DNA from: Epithemia pelagica
Taxonomy: Eukaryota; Protista; Bacillariophyta
NCBI GenBank assembly: GCA_946965045.2
Contig: OX337229.1
Coordinates: 3,658,001-3,722,000, forward strand
Direction of reading: 5' to 3'
Length of the DNA stretch: 64,000 nucleotides
Below, piece after piece: positions 24,144-36,200 of the stretch. The translations under genes and the position numbers were made by a program. The notes beneath the pieces were generated by a model, which saw only the letters and a list, made by a program, of their open reading frames with translations, did not search any database and was not told the DNA's origin. Each line of letters opens with the position of its first letter. Position 1 is the first letter of the stretch.

Positions 24144-25490
24144 ATGTGGAGCGCTTTGACGAGCGATCTCAATGAATTTGTAAGCACAGTCGCAGGCGAC
24201 ACTTCAGAAGTTCTTAACCGCATAGATCAGAACTTCCCTGATGGTGCAAATGACAAAGAGGAATTGACATTGGCGGCGGAAGAACGTTTGCGGAGAATGG
24301 AAATGCCTGAGACCTTTGATAGTCCGTTGATATCAGAAGATGACGACGAGGACTATAAGAATGATGTTGAGGAGTTTTTGGCTGGATTCTCAATCGAGGA
24401 GCGGACGGATGAGATATCAAAGCTCCTTGAAGAGAACCCCGACACTCTGAAACTGTCATTCGAAGCTTTGGTCCCGACCAAGGTCAAATACGAGGATTTT
24501 TGGCAGCGTTACTTTTACCGCTGCGATGAAGAGCGGATCAATGCGGAGATAGAGGAAGAAGATGCAAAAGCTGCGGAAACTCGCGCCCAGGCTTTCAAGA
24601 GTATCTCTGCAGTGGGAAATCTCCTTGGCGGCGCTGTCAAGGCTGTTTCTGCTTCACTGACGGAGGATGAGAAAAACGCTCAAGCACATCAAAAATCAGG
24701 GAACGAATCTGGGTTCTTTGGATCTGCACGGCCTCCTTTTGTTTTGAACACTACTGTGTCCGAAGACGAGGATGATGAGGAGGAAGAGCTTGGCTGGGAT
24801 GACGACGAAGACGATGATGAAGGTGAAGACGGAGATAACGGAGAGGCTCAGATCGAATTCAACGATGTTGCAACTGAAAAACTTCAGAAGCAACTTAAGC
24901 TGGCCGTCGATGAACGTGATCAGCTACAGCAGACTGTGGAAATGCAACAGAAAGAAATAGCAGCATTGAAGAGGCCTGGTGCAGAGGGTTCTGAAATTGA
25001 AAAGCTCAAGACGCAGTTGTTCGAGAAAGAATCGGAGGTCGCCGCGCTTCGCGCTAGTGCTCTTGATGACTCTGACGTTGTTGAAAATGCGCCGTCTGGT
25101 GAGGCCGCGAAAATTGAACAACTGATACAGAAAATTCAGAGCTTGGAAACAAAGGCGAAAGAGGACAAGAACACTGTTGACGAGGCTCTCAAGGAGAAAG
25201 AGGAGCTGATCACAAAGGTATCCAATTTGGAAGCGGAATCGAAAAAGCTTGAGGAAGAAACACTCCTGCTACGAAATGAGAACAGTTCTCTTAAAACGAA
25301 ACTTGATGAAAAGGAGAAAAGAGTACAGACTCTCTTGGCGGAGTCCCAAAAAATGGAGCTTCAGCACAATGACGAAAAGACGAAACCCAGTGGAACAAGT
25401 GCCGATTCTCCTGAAACTATCTCCTCTGCCGTAAAGGTGGAAAAAGTGGATGATACGAAAGCGACAGATGATTGGGATGACGACTGGTAA
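24144..25490 (+). CDS. BSD-domain protein with C-terminal coiled coil
   Basis: BSD-like 'LVPTKVKYEDFWQRYFYR', an acidic tract, a long coiled coil and a terminal DDWDDDW. Confidence 0.8.
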   Translation: MWSALTSDLNEFVSTVAGDTSEVLNRIDQNFPDGANDKEELTLAAEERLRRMEMPETFDSPLISEDDDEDYKNDVEEFLAGFSIEERTDEISKLLEENPDTLKLSFEALVPTKVKYEDFWQRYFYRCDEERINAEIEEEDAKAAETRAQAFKSISAVGNLLGGAVKAVSASLTEDEKNAQAHQKSGNESGFFGSARPPFVLNTTVSEDEDDEEEELGWDDDEDDDEGEDGDNGEAQIEFNDVATEKLQKQLKLAVDERDQLQQTVEMQQKEIAALKRPGAEGSEIEKLKTQLFEKESEVAALRASALDDSDVVENAPSGEAAKIEQLIQKIQSLETKAKEDKNTVDEALKEKEELITKVSNLEAESKKLEEETLLLRNENSSLKTKLDEKEKRVQTLLAESQKMELQHNDEKTKPSGTSADSPETISSAVKVEKVDDTKATDDWDDDW

Positions 25491-25582
25491 ACAGACCATG
25501 TCAATTTTTATGATGCGAGAACATCTCAACTCTTTACTAACGTCTATTTTAGAATGAATGCCCTCTTGCGTTATCTCTTATA

Positions 25583-26827
25583 TTATGCTTTTTCGTATTT
25601 CTCCATCATTGAAAGAGCGGTTGAGACCCATAATTCACCTTGAAAACCCTTGGGAAAAACAAGGAAACTCTCTCCTTCTTCCTCGAGCAAAGTGAACCCA
25701 ACGGCAATCATAAGATCAAAACCACCTTCAATGTCTACAATCGCGGCCTTGATCTTTGCGTTTCCAAGTCGGACTTTCCGAAACTTGGAAGCCTGTGCTT
25801 CATCGTCCACCTGCCCTTTTGTTGTAGCATTCAAGATGAGTTTCCGAAGGATCGAAAAAGAATTGACGACATCGTCATGTTTGTTTGCTGTCACAACCGT
25901 TTCATAGGCTACTTCGAAATCATGACTGACCCGAACGCTTGCGGCAACGGTTGATGTCGTTTCATTAGAGTTCACCGCAGGATCGGAGGGTGGACGCGTC
26001 GCCGGAAGATGAGGCAGTGCTGTTGAAGAGGATCCTTCCGTATTTTGAATTGAACCATGTGTGACAGCTACTGTCGCGTTTCGTGCCTGTCCTGCCGTGA
26101 CTCGGTTCGTTTCATAAGGGTTGTAACCAAGTTGAGCGGCTGTCTGTGCCTCGTTGCGTTTGGCTGCTTCCACAGCTTCTTTTGACGCTTCAGATTGGTT
26201 CTCTACAGCTGCATCCATTCGGGCCAACCGTTCCTCCTCCAAATGCCGTTTTTCATCATTTGAGAGCAAAGCAGGGAGCGGTTTTCCATCCGACGGTTTT
26301 ACCTTTTTGTTTCGCGCTTTTGCTTCTCTTTCTCGTTTCTCTGCAGCTGCAATCACTGCTTGCTGCCGCGAATACGACTCGGCCGATCGAGTCTTGCCAT
26401 CTCCAGGGGCCGAACCAGTACTCTTTGTTGTGATACGTCGCAGCTCAAAGCAAAGGGGGCGTTGATCCGATTTTGCCAACGTGAGGAACAAATCGTAGGT
26501 GATTTCTTCTTGTCCGTTCGATCCTTGAAAGCACATGATATCACCTCGCTCCAATCCAGCTCGCTCGGCCTGTGATCCAGGGACAACCTCGGCAACAATA
26601 GCACTCCCCTTGGGTCGCTTCTCCACCCTGACTCCTAAGGGACCTGGTTCGCCGAGCTCCACTTCGATCACTTTGCCTGGTTTACTACCACCCAGACTCT
26701 GCCCTTGTCCCTGAAACTTATTGTTGTTTTGTCCAGGTAGTGAGAAGGAAAAATTCATTCCTCCTCCATTGCTCTCTCTCTTCTTTGCCTCTTTTTTGGG
26801 CTTGAATCGATCAAAGAACTTGTCCAT
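25583..26827 (-). CDS. PDZ + PUB domain protein
   Basis: PDZ-like PGPLGVRVE...VVPGSQAERAGLERGD and a C-terminal PUB-like KFRKVRLGNAKIKAAI...GGFDLMIAVGF. Confidence 0.72.
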   Translation of the reverse strand: MDKFFDRFKPKKEAKKRESNGGGMNFSFSLPGQNNNKFQGQGQSLGGSKPGKVIEVELGEPGPLGVRVEKRPKGSAIVAEVVPGSQAERAGLERGDIMCFQGSNGQEEITYDLFLTLAKSDQRPLCFELRRITTKSTGSAPGDGKTRSAESYSRQQAVIAAAEKREREAKARNKKVKPSDGKPLPALLSNDEKRHLEEERLARMDAAVENQSEASKEAVEAAKRNEAQTAAQLGYNPYETNRVTAGQARNATVAVTHGSIQNTEGSSSTALPHLPATRPPSDPAVNSNETTSTVAASVRVSHDFEVAYETVVTANKHDDVVNSFSILRKLILNATTKGQVDDEAQASKFRKVRLGNAKIKAAIVDIEGGFDLMIAVGFTLLEEEGESFLVFPKGFQGELWVSTALSMMEKYEKA

Positions 26828-27381
26828 TCCTTCCAAATTCACCCCTACAATTCACAATTCAAACCAATGAAGCGAATACAAGTACAAATAATGGATGCTC
26901 TTGCTTTCTCTTGAGATCGTCTGTCAAAGCTTTTTCTTGTGTTGAGTTTCGCTTTCCCTCTCCGCATAGCTATGTGCGTTAGGAAGGAGATCTGGCTCGC
27001 GTGTTGTGCGGTTGGTCTTGGTCACGGATCCTACCGTTATTGCCCCATGAGATTGGGAGTACGGGACTGGTTTGTCGACTGCCGACTGCTCCACATACCA
27101 CATACAATACAAAAGAAGTTGTCCATAACGCCAGGAAATCGGTTGGGGTTGGGGTTGGAGCGTTGGCGACTCACTGGCGACGGCGGAGTTCTTCGATCCA
27201 TCCCAAATCCCAAAATCCAAAATGTTTTTGATCGCTTGTCGAAAATTGGTGGAACAGAAAACAGGAGCCAGAAACCACTGCACAACATCTTCCTTGCAAC
27301 ACATCGACGAGACCACGCGACAAGAACCTGAGAGCGCATCCATCTCTGCACCCTGTCGAATTTAGCGTTATTGTACAAAGC

Positions 27382-28788
27382 ATGAAGACTCATCTACGTG
27401 GACGACATGTTATCTATATTGCGCTTCTTTTGCTGGAGAGTCTCTTTTCCGAATCAGAATGCTTTTTGACCTATAGAAGCATTACGGGAGTCATGAAGGC
27501 ACATCCTGGATCTTTCAACTTGCATCAAGTCAGTGGACCACAACGTCCTTCCGATAAGTTACTGGTAAATGTGGCAACAGTTGGGGGGCCAGGTCTCACA
27601 AACAGCACATCTTCCAATGATTCTCCGTCGATTCTCAAAAAGGTGATATCTTCGCAGGCTGCTGAGGGTATTGGAGGGAAAGGAGGCCGTGTGTTTGATG
27701 TCAACGCACTTAAGCGTAACTTGTTACAAGAAACAATGCTTGCGTACAAGTACGAATTCTTCAAGCTTCTCAACACTCCAAAGAGCACCGAGCAAGAGAT
27801 TGTAGAGAAATTGTCGGCCTTGGTTGAAGGGAGCCCCGTCAGAACAACGACAGACTCAAACCTGCTGGATGGGACATGGGCACTTGCCTATACATCCAAA
27901 CACTCCTCAGTTCGAAATCTACGCGAATTCTTCAAATACCAGCAGCTTCGCAAAGACGAGAGCTCTAGTGGTGTTGCAAAAACCCCCGCCATGAAACGAA
28001 TCGCTGGCAAGGGTGTCTTGTTCCAATCGGTTCAACGGTCCTTCTGCTTGGAGCATTTGAAAGAGGATGATGATCCGCACATTATAGAACAAACGGGCTA
28101 CTTTGGTGGTATATACACGGTTCAACGACGGTCCACCGTAGAGGCTCTAACGAGACAGAGTCTTGTGCTTCGACCCGTTTCTGAAACAAAATTTTTTTTT
28201 GGAGGTTCGCTATCTCGGGAATCAGCTCTGGTAGGCAAAGAATCAGTGGAAATCCATATCGTCTACGCAGATGTTAATCTATGCATCACAGCTAGAAATG
28301 GTGATCTCCAGACAACCTTCGAAGTCTTTACGAAGAATGAATCGTGGCTGGATACGCGAAAAAGCTTTGAACGAAAACTTTCGTATACCACGGCTTGGTT
28401 GGCCGGTTTGTTGACCCAGTTTCTGCCCAAGGTGGTCGGTCGCAAACATACCAAGGAGGAGGCTGATCCCATGTTGCGTGAAATCTATGTGGATTCCTCG
28501 CACCTCCGCGTCCTCAAACTGGGGAGTACACAAAACGACGACGAAGATGCATGGGACAGTGTGGCCGATCCGTTCATTCATCTGTCTGCCGATGAACGAC
28601 AGAAATTGCTCAAGGCGATGAGTGTACGAGAGATTGAAAGAGCCGGTATACAGAGACGATCCAAACAGAGAAGGGACCGTTGGATACCATTTCTCTTCAA
28701 TCGGAGACGGAGAACGTTCTTCAATGTACCAGATATAAAATCGTCAAGCAAGTCAGATGAAAAGGGGTTTACCATGCCAAGCGAGTAG
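27382..28788 (+). CDS. PAP/fibrillin-like plastid lipid-associated protein
   Basis: Signal peptide ending SEC-F, and fibrillin-type 'EQEIVEKLSALVE...LLDGTWALAYTS' and 'IVYADVNLCITAR'. Confidence 0.6.
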   Translation: MKTHLRGRHVIYIALLLLESLFSESECFLTYRSITGVMKAHPGSFNLHQVSGPQRPSDKLLVNVATVGGPGLTNSTSSNDSPSILKKVISSQAAEGIGGKGGRVFDVNALKRNLLQETMLAYKYEFFKLLNTPKSTEQEIVEKLSALVEGSPVRTTTDSNLLDGTWALAYTSKHSSVRNLREFFKYQQLRKDESSSGVAKTPAMKRIAGKGVLFQSVQRSFCLEHLKEDDDPHIIEQTGYFGGIYTVQRRSTVEALTRQSLVLRPVSETKFFFGGSLSRESALVGKESVEIHIVYADVNLCITARNGDLQTTFEVFTKNESWLDTRKSFERKLSYTTAWLAGLLTQFLPKVVGRKHTKEEADPMLREIYVDSSHLRVLKLGSTQNDDEDAWDSVADPFIHLSADERQKLLKAMSVREIERAGIQRRSKQRRDRWIPFLFNRRRRTFFNVPDIKSSSKSDEKGFTMPSE

Positions 28789-28916
28789 ACGTCCGAGGTG
28801 CAAGGTAGGTTTGGCTAGGGTGCAGAATCCATGTTTTGTTGTAACGTTTCTTCTTCTATAATTAATATTAGATTAGCTATATCTTGAACATCTATGTAAG
28901 CTGTGAGATGCGAAAC

Positions 28917-30989
28917 TCATGGTTCCACTACTACTTGATTGCATCTTGTGCCGATCAGGTGCATTCGTTGCAGTCCTGGACAAGCCTTACGCACATTTGC
29001 AACCTCTACGGCCGTCACAAACCAGCACCAGCTCAGATCAAGCTCACGAAGCGTCCTCCTAGACACCGATTTACATACCGCGTCAAGAAACACCTGTCCT
29101 CGTTCTTCATCGGACTTTAAAATATGCGACGATGAACCTGCTTCCACTTCACTGGAAAAGCAGCGTGATATGTTGATGTATTCAAGAGTGCGAGACTTCT
29201 GCTGCAGTGCCGTGGCCATGTTTTTCGCATCACCAATGAACAAGGCAGGACACCCCGCGACGTTCAGAGAGCGTAGCTTGGGAGCTGACTCAAAAATATG
29301 CGCAAGAAACCCCGAGCGAATCCCCTTTTGCCCTGAAAGGCACAAACGCTCTAGCTGTACATGGGAAAGTGTCCGAATCCCCTTATCCGTAACACCAAAA
29401 GAGCCTTTGATGGTATCGGCACATCCAATGTCGAGAACCTTCAAATGACTTGAACCTAGTTTTTCAAGCATACGGTCGTTCCAGGATTCTCCCCGTCCCT
29501 TCATTTCAAGCAGTTCCAGAGCGACACCGGCGTTCGGTTCCGGAAACGCATCTAAAAGGGCTGCAGCTATCACCCCAGTCTTTGAAATATTAAGACTCAC
29601 CAATTTTCCACTGGACCTGATTTGAACTCGTTTTGACACTGACAGCGAAGCCGCCTCTACCGGAGGAGCAAACAACGAGGCCAACCCTCCCAAAGCATTT
29701 TTGGGAGATGTTGCCTGTAGAACAGGTGCAGGGGCGGTGGATGGAGGAGGACCAAAGAGCGATGCCAAGCCTGTTGAAGAAGCTTCTGATGGGGCAAGTT
29801 TCGCCGCGGCCATGGTAGGCGGAACGAACATGGACTGCAAAGAAGGACGAGTTCCGAAATGAGTGGACGATGAATCGGCATAAACCTGTTGAATATGAAA
29901 CATGTCTCGAAGTGGCAAAATGTTGTCTACACGCGCGCATCCGCGAAGACTCAGATGCTCCAGTTGTCGACATTGCGAACCTATCGACCGCACACTCGCA
30001 TTGGTAATAAGATGACAATCTTCCAATACCAGTTTACGAAGCGAGTTGCTGATTTTGGAACGCATTTGAGCAATCAAAACAGACGAGGAGAGAAGCAGTA
30101 CATGCACATGAGTGTCCGATAGCTGGTGAAACTCTGTGAGCGCGAGTTCCGAAAGTCCGTTGATGGAGGGGATACTTTCGGGTTTCAGGCACTGTCCAAT
30201 GGCTCGAATGATGAGTTTATCAGGGGAAAAAGGCTTCAACCGCTTGGATAGCATGACGCCGGCCTTTTCCGCCGACCCGACCCGAAGGTACGTTGAACGA
30301 ACGAAGTCCGTCGCATCGACATTTTTCCAGCACTCGGGTTGAAGCGCCAAGAACCTCCATCGACTGGAGACTGCAGAAAGAGTAACTATATCGTTCATGG
30401 ACAGAAACGAAATCACCACGTGGAGTGTAGAGTCGCACAACTTGGAAAAGGAATCGGCGGAAGCCTCGTTCCATCGCCACTGAACTCTACGTTTTGGAAT
30501 ACTTTTGCTTTTCGTAGTGTGGTTTGTCTTGATAGCTGAGGGAACCGGATGAAACGAACTTTCCAAACTACTAGCGCCACCGGAAGTCGCTACCGTCATC
30601 ATGGAAGCATCCCCTTCCAATTGTTTGGATGGCGGTGATTCTAACTTTGCTGCCAATGTCCACCATGACGAGTATCCTGTGCCGGAAGTGAAAATCGCTA
30701 CATCATCCTTGTAATAGTCGCCTTTTTCACATCGAGTCTCATTCATCGAGACACCAAGATTGGAGTTCCTCACATCCACCAAAGACGATGACTTGACAGT
30801 TTTTGAATGATCCCCATGAGTTCGTTCTAAAGACGATTCTGACAACGTGGCGGCATGCGAGGATGATGTTGAGTCGTCGTTGTCTTGCCCCTGCCCGACA
30901 ACCGCCGTTCCGAGAGAATCGCTTGTACTGGATGGTGTGAAAGTGCTTTTCGCAAAGCTCGAACACGAAGATGAATGGTTTATAATCAT
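28917..30989 (-). CDS. F-box / leucine-rich repeat protein
   Basis: F-box 'FSKLCDSTLHVVISFLSMNDIVTLSAVSSRW' followed by Cys-containing LRRs (LRKLVLEDCHLIT, LEHLSLRGCARV, LRSLNVAGC, LRELDLSWC). Confidence 0.85.
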   Translation of the reverse strand: MIINHSSSCSSFAKSTFTPSSTSDSLGTAVVGQGQDNDDSTSSSHAATLSESSLERTHGDHSKTVKSSSLVDVRNSNLGVSMNETRCEKGDYYKDDVAIFTSGTGYSSWWTLAAKLESPPSKQLEGDASMMTVATSGGASSLESSFHPVPSAIKTNHTTKSKSIPKRRVQWRWNEASADSFSKLCDSTLHVVISFLSMNDIVTLSAVSSRWRFLALQPECWKNVDATDFVRSTYLRVGSAEKAGVMLSKRLKPFSPDKLIIRAIGQCLKPESIPSINGLSELALTEFHQLSDTHVHVLLLSSSVLIAQMRSKISNSLRKLVLEDCHLITNASVRSIGSQCRQLEHLSLRGCARVDNILPLRDMFHIQQVYADSSSTHFGTRPSLQSMFVPPTMAAAKLAPSEASSTGLASLFGPPPSTAPAPVLQATSPKNALGGLASLFAPPVEAASLSVSKRVQIRSSGKLVSLNISKTGVIAAALLDAFPEPNAGVALELLEMKGRGESWNDRMLEKLGSSHLKVLDIGCADTIKGSFGVTDKGIRTLSHVQLERLCLSGQKGIRSGFLAHIFESAPKLRSLNVAGCPALFIGDAKNMATALQQKSRTLEYINISRCFSSEVEAGSSSHILKSDEERGQVFLDAVCKSVSRRTLRELDLSWCWFVTAVEVANVRKACPGLQRMHLIGTRCNQVVVEP

Positions 30990-31441
30990 TTCAGCGCCAT
31001 CTCAAGATTCCCTGCGTTCTTTGTCAAGAAAAGGTCTCAAGTCGTTGATTTCTGAGTTGAGTTCTCGTTTCTCGTTGTTAAAGTCAACAATCAACAGTCA
31101 ACACACGCAGCAGCAGTACGTAATATTCGTAAGCCTTATGTGTCGGTTGTCGGTTCACGGTTCATGGATTTTATAGGAGTATACATTATTTGTGTACTCT
31201 CTCGCTTCTCGCTTCTTTTTTTCCATTCCGAAGTTCCCCCAACCTCGTGCGCCTGCACCTGCACACATCATCTATCTATCCACGCTGGACAGTTAGAAAC
31301 CGCATGTCGTGGATCTATGCTATCCTTTACTAGCTAGCTAGAGCTTAGGTAGAGCTCATAGCTCATCCCCGGTTTTGTTCACTTTTTGACCCTCCGCTCG
31401 TCATCAGATCGCGAACACATCAGAATGTTGTTGTTGGAGCT

Positions 31442-33146
31442 GTGCAAAACGTAGCCGAGGACTCAAAACCACCCAGCACTACAACAACACAAATGTCGCC
31501 GCAGCAACAACCCTCTCTGAACAGTGATAATTTGGTGGAACCTTTGCTGTCGCAAACCTCGTCCGAAAATGGTGGCGCTGATTCCAATCAAGTGGTTGCA
31601 TCCACAGCCCCAGAACGACCACGTCTCTCTCGCAATGTTCACCTAACGTTGGTTTACACTGGAATTGCCTTTGCGGGAAGGTCAATATGGATTCAAAGTG
31701 TCTTAGCGGCCTTTGTCTACTTTTTGAAGAACAATCTAGAAGCCGTTGGATATATTACGGCCGTCATGGGATTGTCGCAATTGATTTGCTCATTTCCCGC
31801 AGCGTTTATTGCGGATTCCTACCGTCGAGATTTTATGCTCAAAATTGCATCTTGCGTGGGTGTGGTTGCGATTGCAACGACCTTGTATGCTCTTCATACG
31901 CTGGAATACGTCCATCTCGTGATTGCCCTGGTTGTATGGGGTTGCTGTTGGGGAATCGCAAATACTTCATTGTCCGCTCTGTTTGCCGATTCCATTCCGA
32001 CAGGTCAACGGTCATATTACTTTACACAGCGGGCCACGCTGATTACATCAGGGTTTACAGCTGGACCTATTGTATCCCTCATCATGTTTGCCGTGCTGGG
32101 GGATACTTGGAATGTTCGTGATTGCGCAATTGTCATGAGTGTGGGGCAAATCGTTTGTCTCCCGGCTGTTATGCTGCTTTGTTTCTTCAGTGATGATCAC
32201 GCAATAGACCACGACCATGAGATTGAACAAGAAGCCGAGAATCAGTTGCTGGAAAGTGATGGACGAAATGAAGAAACAGAAGAATGCCCGATCAATCCAC
32301 AAGCTGACACGTTGGAAAGTGGTCCAATAGAACGACGTGGTTGTTTCTCTGAAAAACGTAAGATTGCCGTCTTGATCGCAACGGCGGACTTGGTGGGTGG
32401 CCTTGCTGCCGGCATGTCTGTTCGATATTTTCCAATATTTTTTGTGAATCACCTCCATCTCGGACCCGTCAAGGTGCAAGTTCTGTATATCTTGGCTCCC
32501 CTACTGAATACCTTTGTGATGAAAATTGCGCAACGTTTGTCCACTACCTATGGACGTTGTCATATCAGTGCAATGTTCAAATGGGTCGGCATCACCATGA
32601 TGTATTGCGTTATTCTATCTACCCAAATGGGAGCTCCCAACTGGGTCATTTGCACCCTTTATGTGTTTCGAACTGCCTTTATCAATTCAACTGGGGCGCT
32701 GACGAAAAGTGTTCTCATGGACAACGTTCCAAAAAAAGAAAGAGCCAAGTGGGCAGCTCTGGAGAGCCTGAATATGGTAAGTTGCGACTCGCGCCTCAAG
32801 GAAAGCGTGAAAATGAAGTCAGCTCACTCTTGTATGTCTCCTGCAATCCACAGTTTAGCTGGTCGGGTAGTGCTGCACTCGGAGGAGTTCTCGTTGGAAT
32901 AATAGGAATGCTGCCTCTCTTCGCTGCTACAGGTACGTAAAAATCTCTGGCTGGCTCAAATTGTAAACTTCGCATGACTGATTTCGCTCAACCCGTATTT
33001 CTTCAACAGCCACGATGCAGCTTTGCGCGACAATACCCTTGGTGTGTCTATGGGGAAAAGATATTACTGAATCGGCAGAAAGTGACGATGTCGACATGGA
33101 CGAGCAAACGAGCGAAGACAATGATGAGGAAGAACAGGGAACATAA
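31442..33146 (+). CDS. Major facilitator superfamily transporter (exons 31442-32776, 32854-32932, 33010-33146)
   Basis: Two bundles of TM helices, AFIADSYRRD motif A and ALFADSIP. Two in-frame GT-AG introns. The start may be the downstream ATG (MSPQQ). Confidence 0.85.
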
Positions 33147-33245
33147 ATATCGAGTATCTACAGAACTCCTATGTCGAACAATCCACCATGTTTAAAACTT
33201 AATGATGTAACTCATTATAGAAAGCTACTTGGGACACAAACTGAC

Positions 33246-36200
33246 TTACGAACGTTGACTGCGGGAAGAAGTTAACCGCTTGCGCAATGCACCGAAACTG
33301 CGCCCTGAACGGTTGGATCCCGTTCCTGTTGACGGGCTCACAGAAGGGACATTGTTTTCTCGATTTTCAATGCTGCTTTGGATCGAATTTGCATACTTCG
33401 TATTCGATGGGTCAACTTGATGGGGTGCCCCACCAGAGGACGACTCTCGATGATTACGCGAGCTGCTGGATCGATGCGTGGAAGCTCTACTGGATACAGA
33501 GCTGGGAGTTGCTTGGTCCATTCGACCTCCTTCGTTGGAAGAGAGGCTTCCGCCAGTAAAGAAGGGATGTTCAAGAACCTCACGCATTGACGGAATTCTC
33601 TGATCAGGGTCATGATGAAGTAGTTTTTTGAGAAGATCTTGCGCAACATCGTTCTCAGGAAAAGACTTCATCGCTTTGCGAACACTCTGCCCATCCCACA
33701 ACCCGATTTTACAAACCTCACTCGTGGTCATAGCACGCTTGCCTCGGCAAGCGTAAGGGGCGAGGGGCAAACCAGCGATTGCTTCATAGACTACAACACC
33801 ATACGCCCAAATATCATACGTAGCCTCTGCCTTGATTGATTTCACACTGGCAATCGTGCTTGAAGATCCAATAGGAGCTCTTCGCTTCTCGACAACAATT
33901 GACTCAGGAGGATGATAAAATCCACGGTTGGGTTCAGTTTCTGCGCCCATCGGAATCGCTCCTCCTACCCCAAGAAGTTTCCAGCGGCTTCCAAATTTAC
34001 CGATATTGTGCGTACCAAAATCACCGTGAATGATACCGTGTTCATGCATGTGGAGCAACGAAATGCCAATTCGTTTCAGCGCTTTTGCAGGGAATACTTT
34101 TCCTGATTTACGAAGGTCAAGCATAAGATTTTCTGCAGTTGTGTCAGCACCCTCCATAGTAATACAGTATCCGGGCTCAGCCATTGCCTCGGAATATGCT
34201 GCATGTTGGACAGTGTGATGGACGCTGATGATTGCTGGAACGTAATGCCGTGAAAGGTGGAAATCCTTACGAACCTTGAGCTCCCGTTCAACAACATCAG
34301 ATTTTGAGGTAAGTTTGGCGATGACTTGTTGACCCTTCTCCTTCCTAATGTGCCTCAACCTGTCTTCAATTGTTTGTTGCGATCTACTCGTCAAGGTCGA
34401 CCTGATACTATGTCGCGAAAGAGCTGAAACGTGCGACTGGTCATCGAAGTCCTCAATATAATCATTGTCGCCACCATCTTTCTTCTCCTCGTGGAGAACA
34501 GTGAATTGACCGGAATGTTGAGGCGGAGGGTCATATCGCAATGCATAAAATATCTGTGTATCACTGACGGGGTTGGTATATGCCGGTCTTTGGTTCACAA
34601 CCTCTAACGTATTAAACAGCCGAAGCATCACACGCATCTCATGCTTGCATACTGGGGTTGCAGACGCCAGAGCAATCCTGCCGTCGGGGCCTTCAACATG
34701 AGCCAATGCGAGTACTTGAGGCTGAGTACACGACTGCAACACCTTTGTCACAACTTGGTGGTATAAGTCTTCTGTGTTGGAAACAACATGATTCCAAGAG
34801 TAGTGGTGAGGAACAAGCTGAGCGCGGACTTTCTCCGAGAGATCAATGGGAAGGTCTCGTTTGAGCAAGCTATGGACAATGAAATGAGAATGTTCGTTTT
34901 CAGTTGCTACTTGTATCGGAAGCAAGCCGGTCTTCCGGTCAACAGAAGTAGCAAGCTCAGGGGCATGATTCAACAAACCCATTATGGTTCTGTCGTCTGC
35001 ATTGTGTTTGAAGGAAAGAAACAAAGGACTATGCCCTTCGCCGTTCAACACCCCTGCTCCCTCAGGATACTGCATCAGAACAGCATTGATGACTGCAGAC
35101 CGACATTGGCACTTAATCGCGATCGCAAGCGGTAGGTCTCCAAACATATCTGTTCGTGATACAGACCCTGTAAAGCATTGAAGCAGTGTCTTGACAACAA
35201 CTGGGTCAACAGCCTCACCGCAACGAAGCAACAAGTGCAGCGGCAGGTCACCATTTTCGTCCGTTCGCTTTGCCGATGCAAAATTTTCGGCCAATAGAGC
35301 AGTAATCACACCAATGGATGCATGATTGCTGCAGGCGATGTGGAGTGGAAGCCCACCGCCAGAATCTGCAGGGGGTCGGTACACCATTGTGTAAGCTCCT
35401 TCAGGAGACTTAGCAAGCAAGAACTTGATAGCATCTATTGCATCGTAGGTTGCAGCCACATGGATTGGGAGCCTTCCCATCTTGTCCGTCTCATTGATGC
35501 CCTCTTTGTATGCACTGTGAATAATCTCAAGAGCGGCCAAGTTATCGTGGGCAGAGGCATGGTGAATCGGCAAAGCCCCCATGTTGTCCCTATGGATCAA
35601 TGCTTTGGGATAGAGAACGAGAACCATGTCAACCAACAGTGTCCAAGCCCCATTATGTCTGGCAATCTTGTGTAAAACAAGTTCGCCTGTCTTGAGATCA
35701 GGGGTTTCCGCCAGTTCAGGATTTTTGTCTAAGATGCTCTCAACCATGGCCCAATTTTCATTTTGTATCTCTTGAACCAATGCACCCAAAGCAGATTCGT
35801 TTGTCGAAGGTACAAGTTCTCTGGACTCAACGATGTTTGAAACCGCAACATGTCGCGTCTTCTCTGGCGAAATAGAAGGGCGCGTTGGCACTGCCTCTTC
35901 ATGACGTTTCACCATTGCACTCACGATTTCGTTGCTTCGTCGAACCTTCGGCTCACGGTGAACAGGATGAGTGGGATCAACAGCCACAGTATCCGGGCTT
36001 GTGGAAGTGGTAGCTGACCTGTTTCGCCATGCAAATTGAATCAACGTTGCAGCATATTTACGAGTAATGAAGGCATCAGAAACGAACAACCTTGCTGTGG
36101 ATCCCCGCCACCATCGTTGAATTGTTTGCGCCGCAGCGATGAATCGAAGGTTGAACGAGATTCTCACGGCAAGTCGCATTCGGAACAAGCTCTGGATGAG

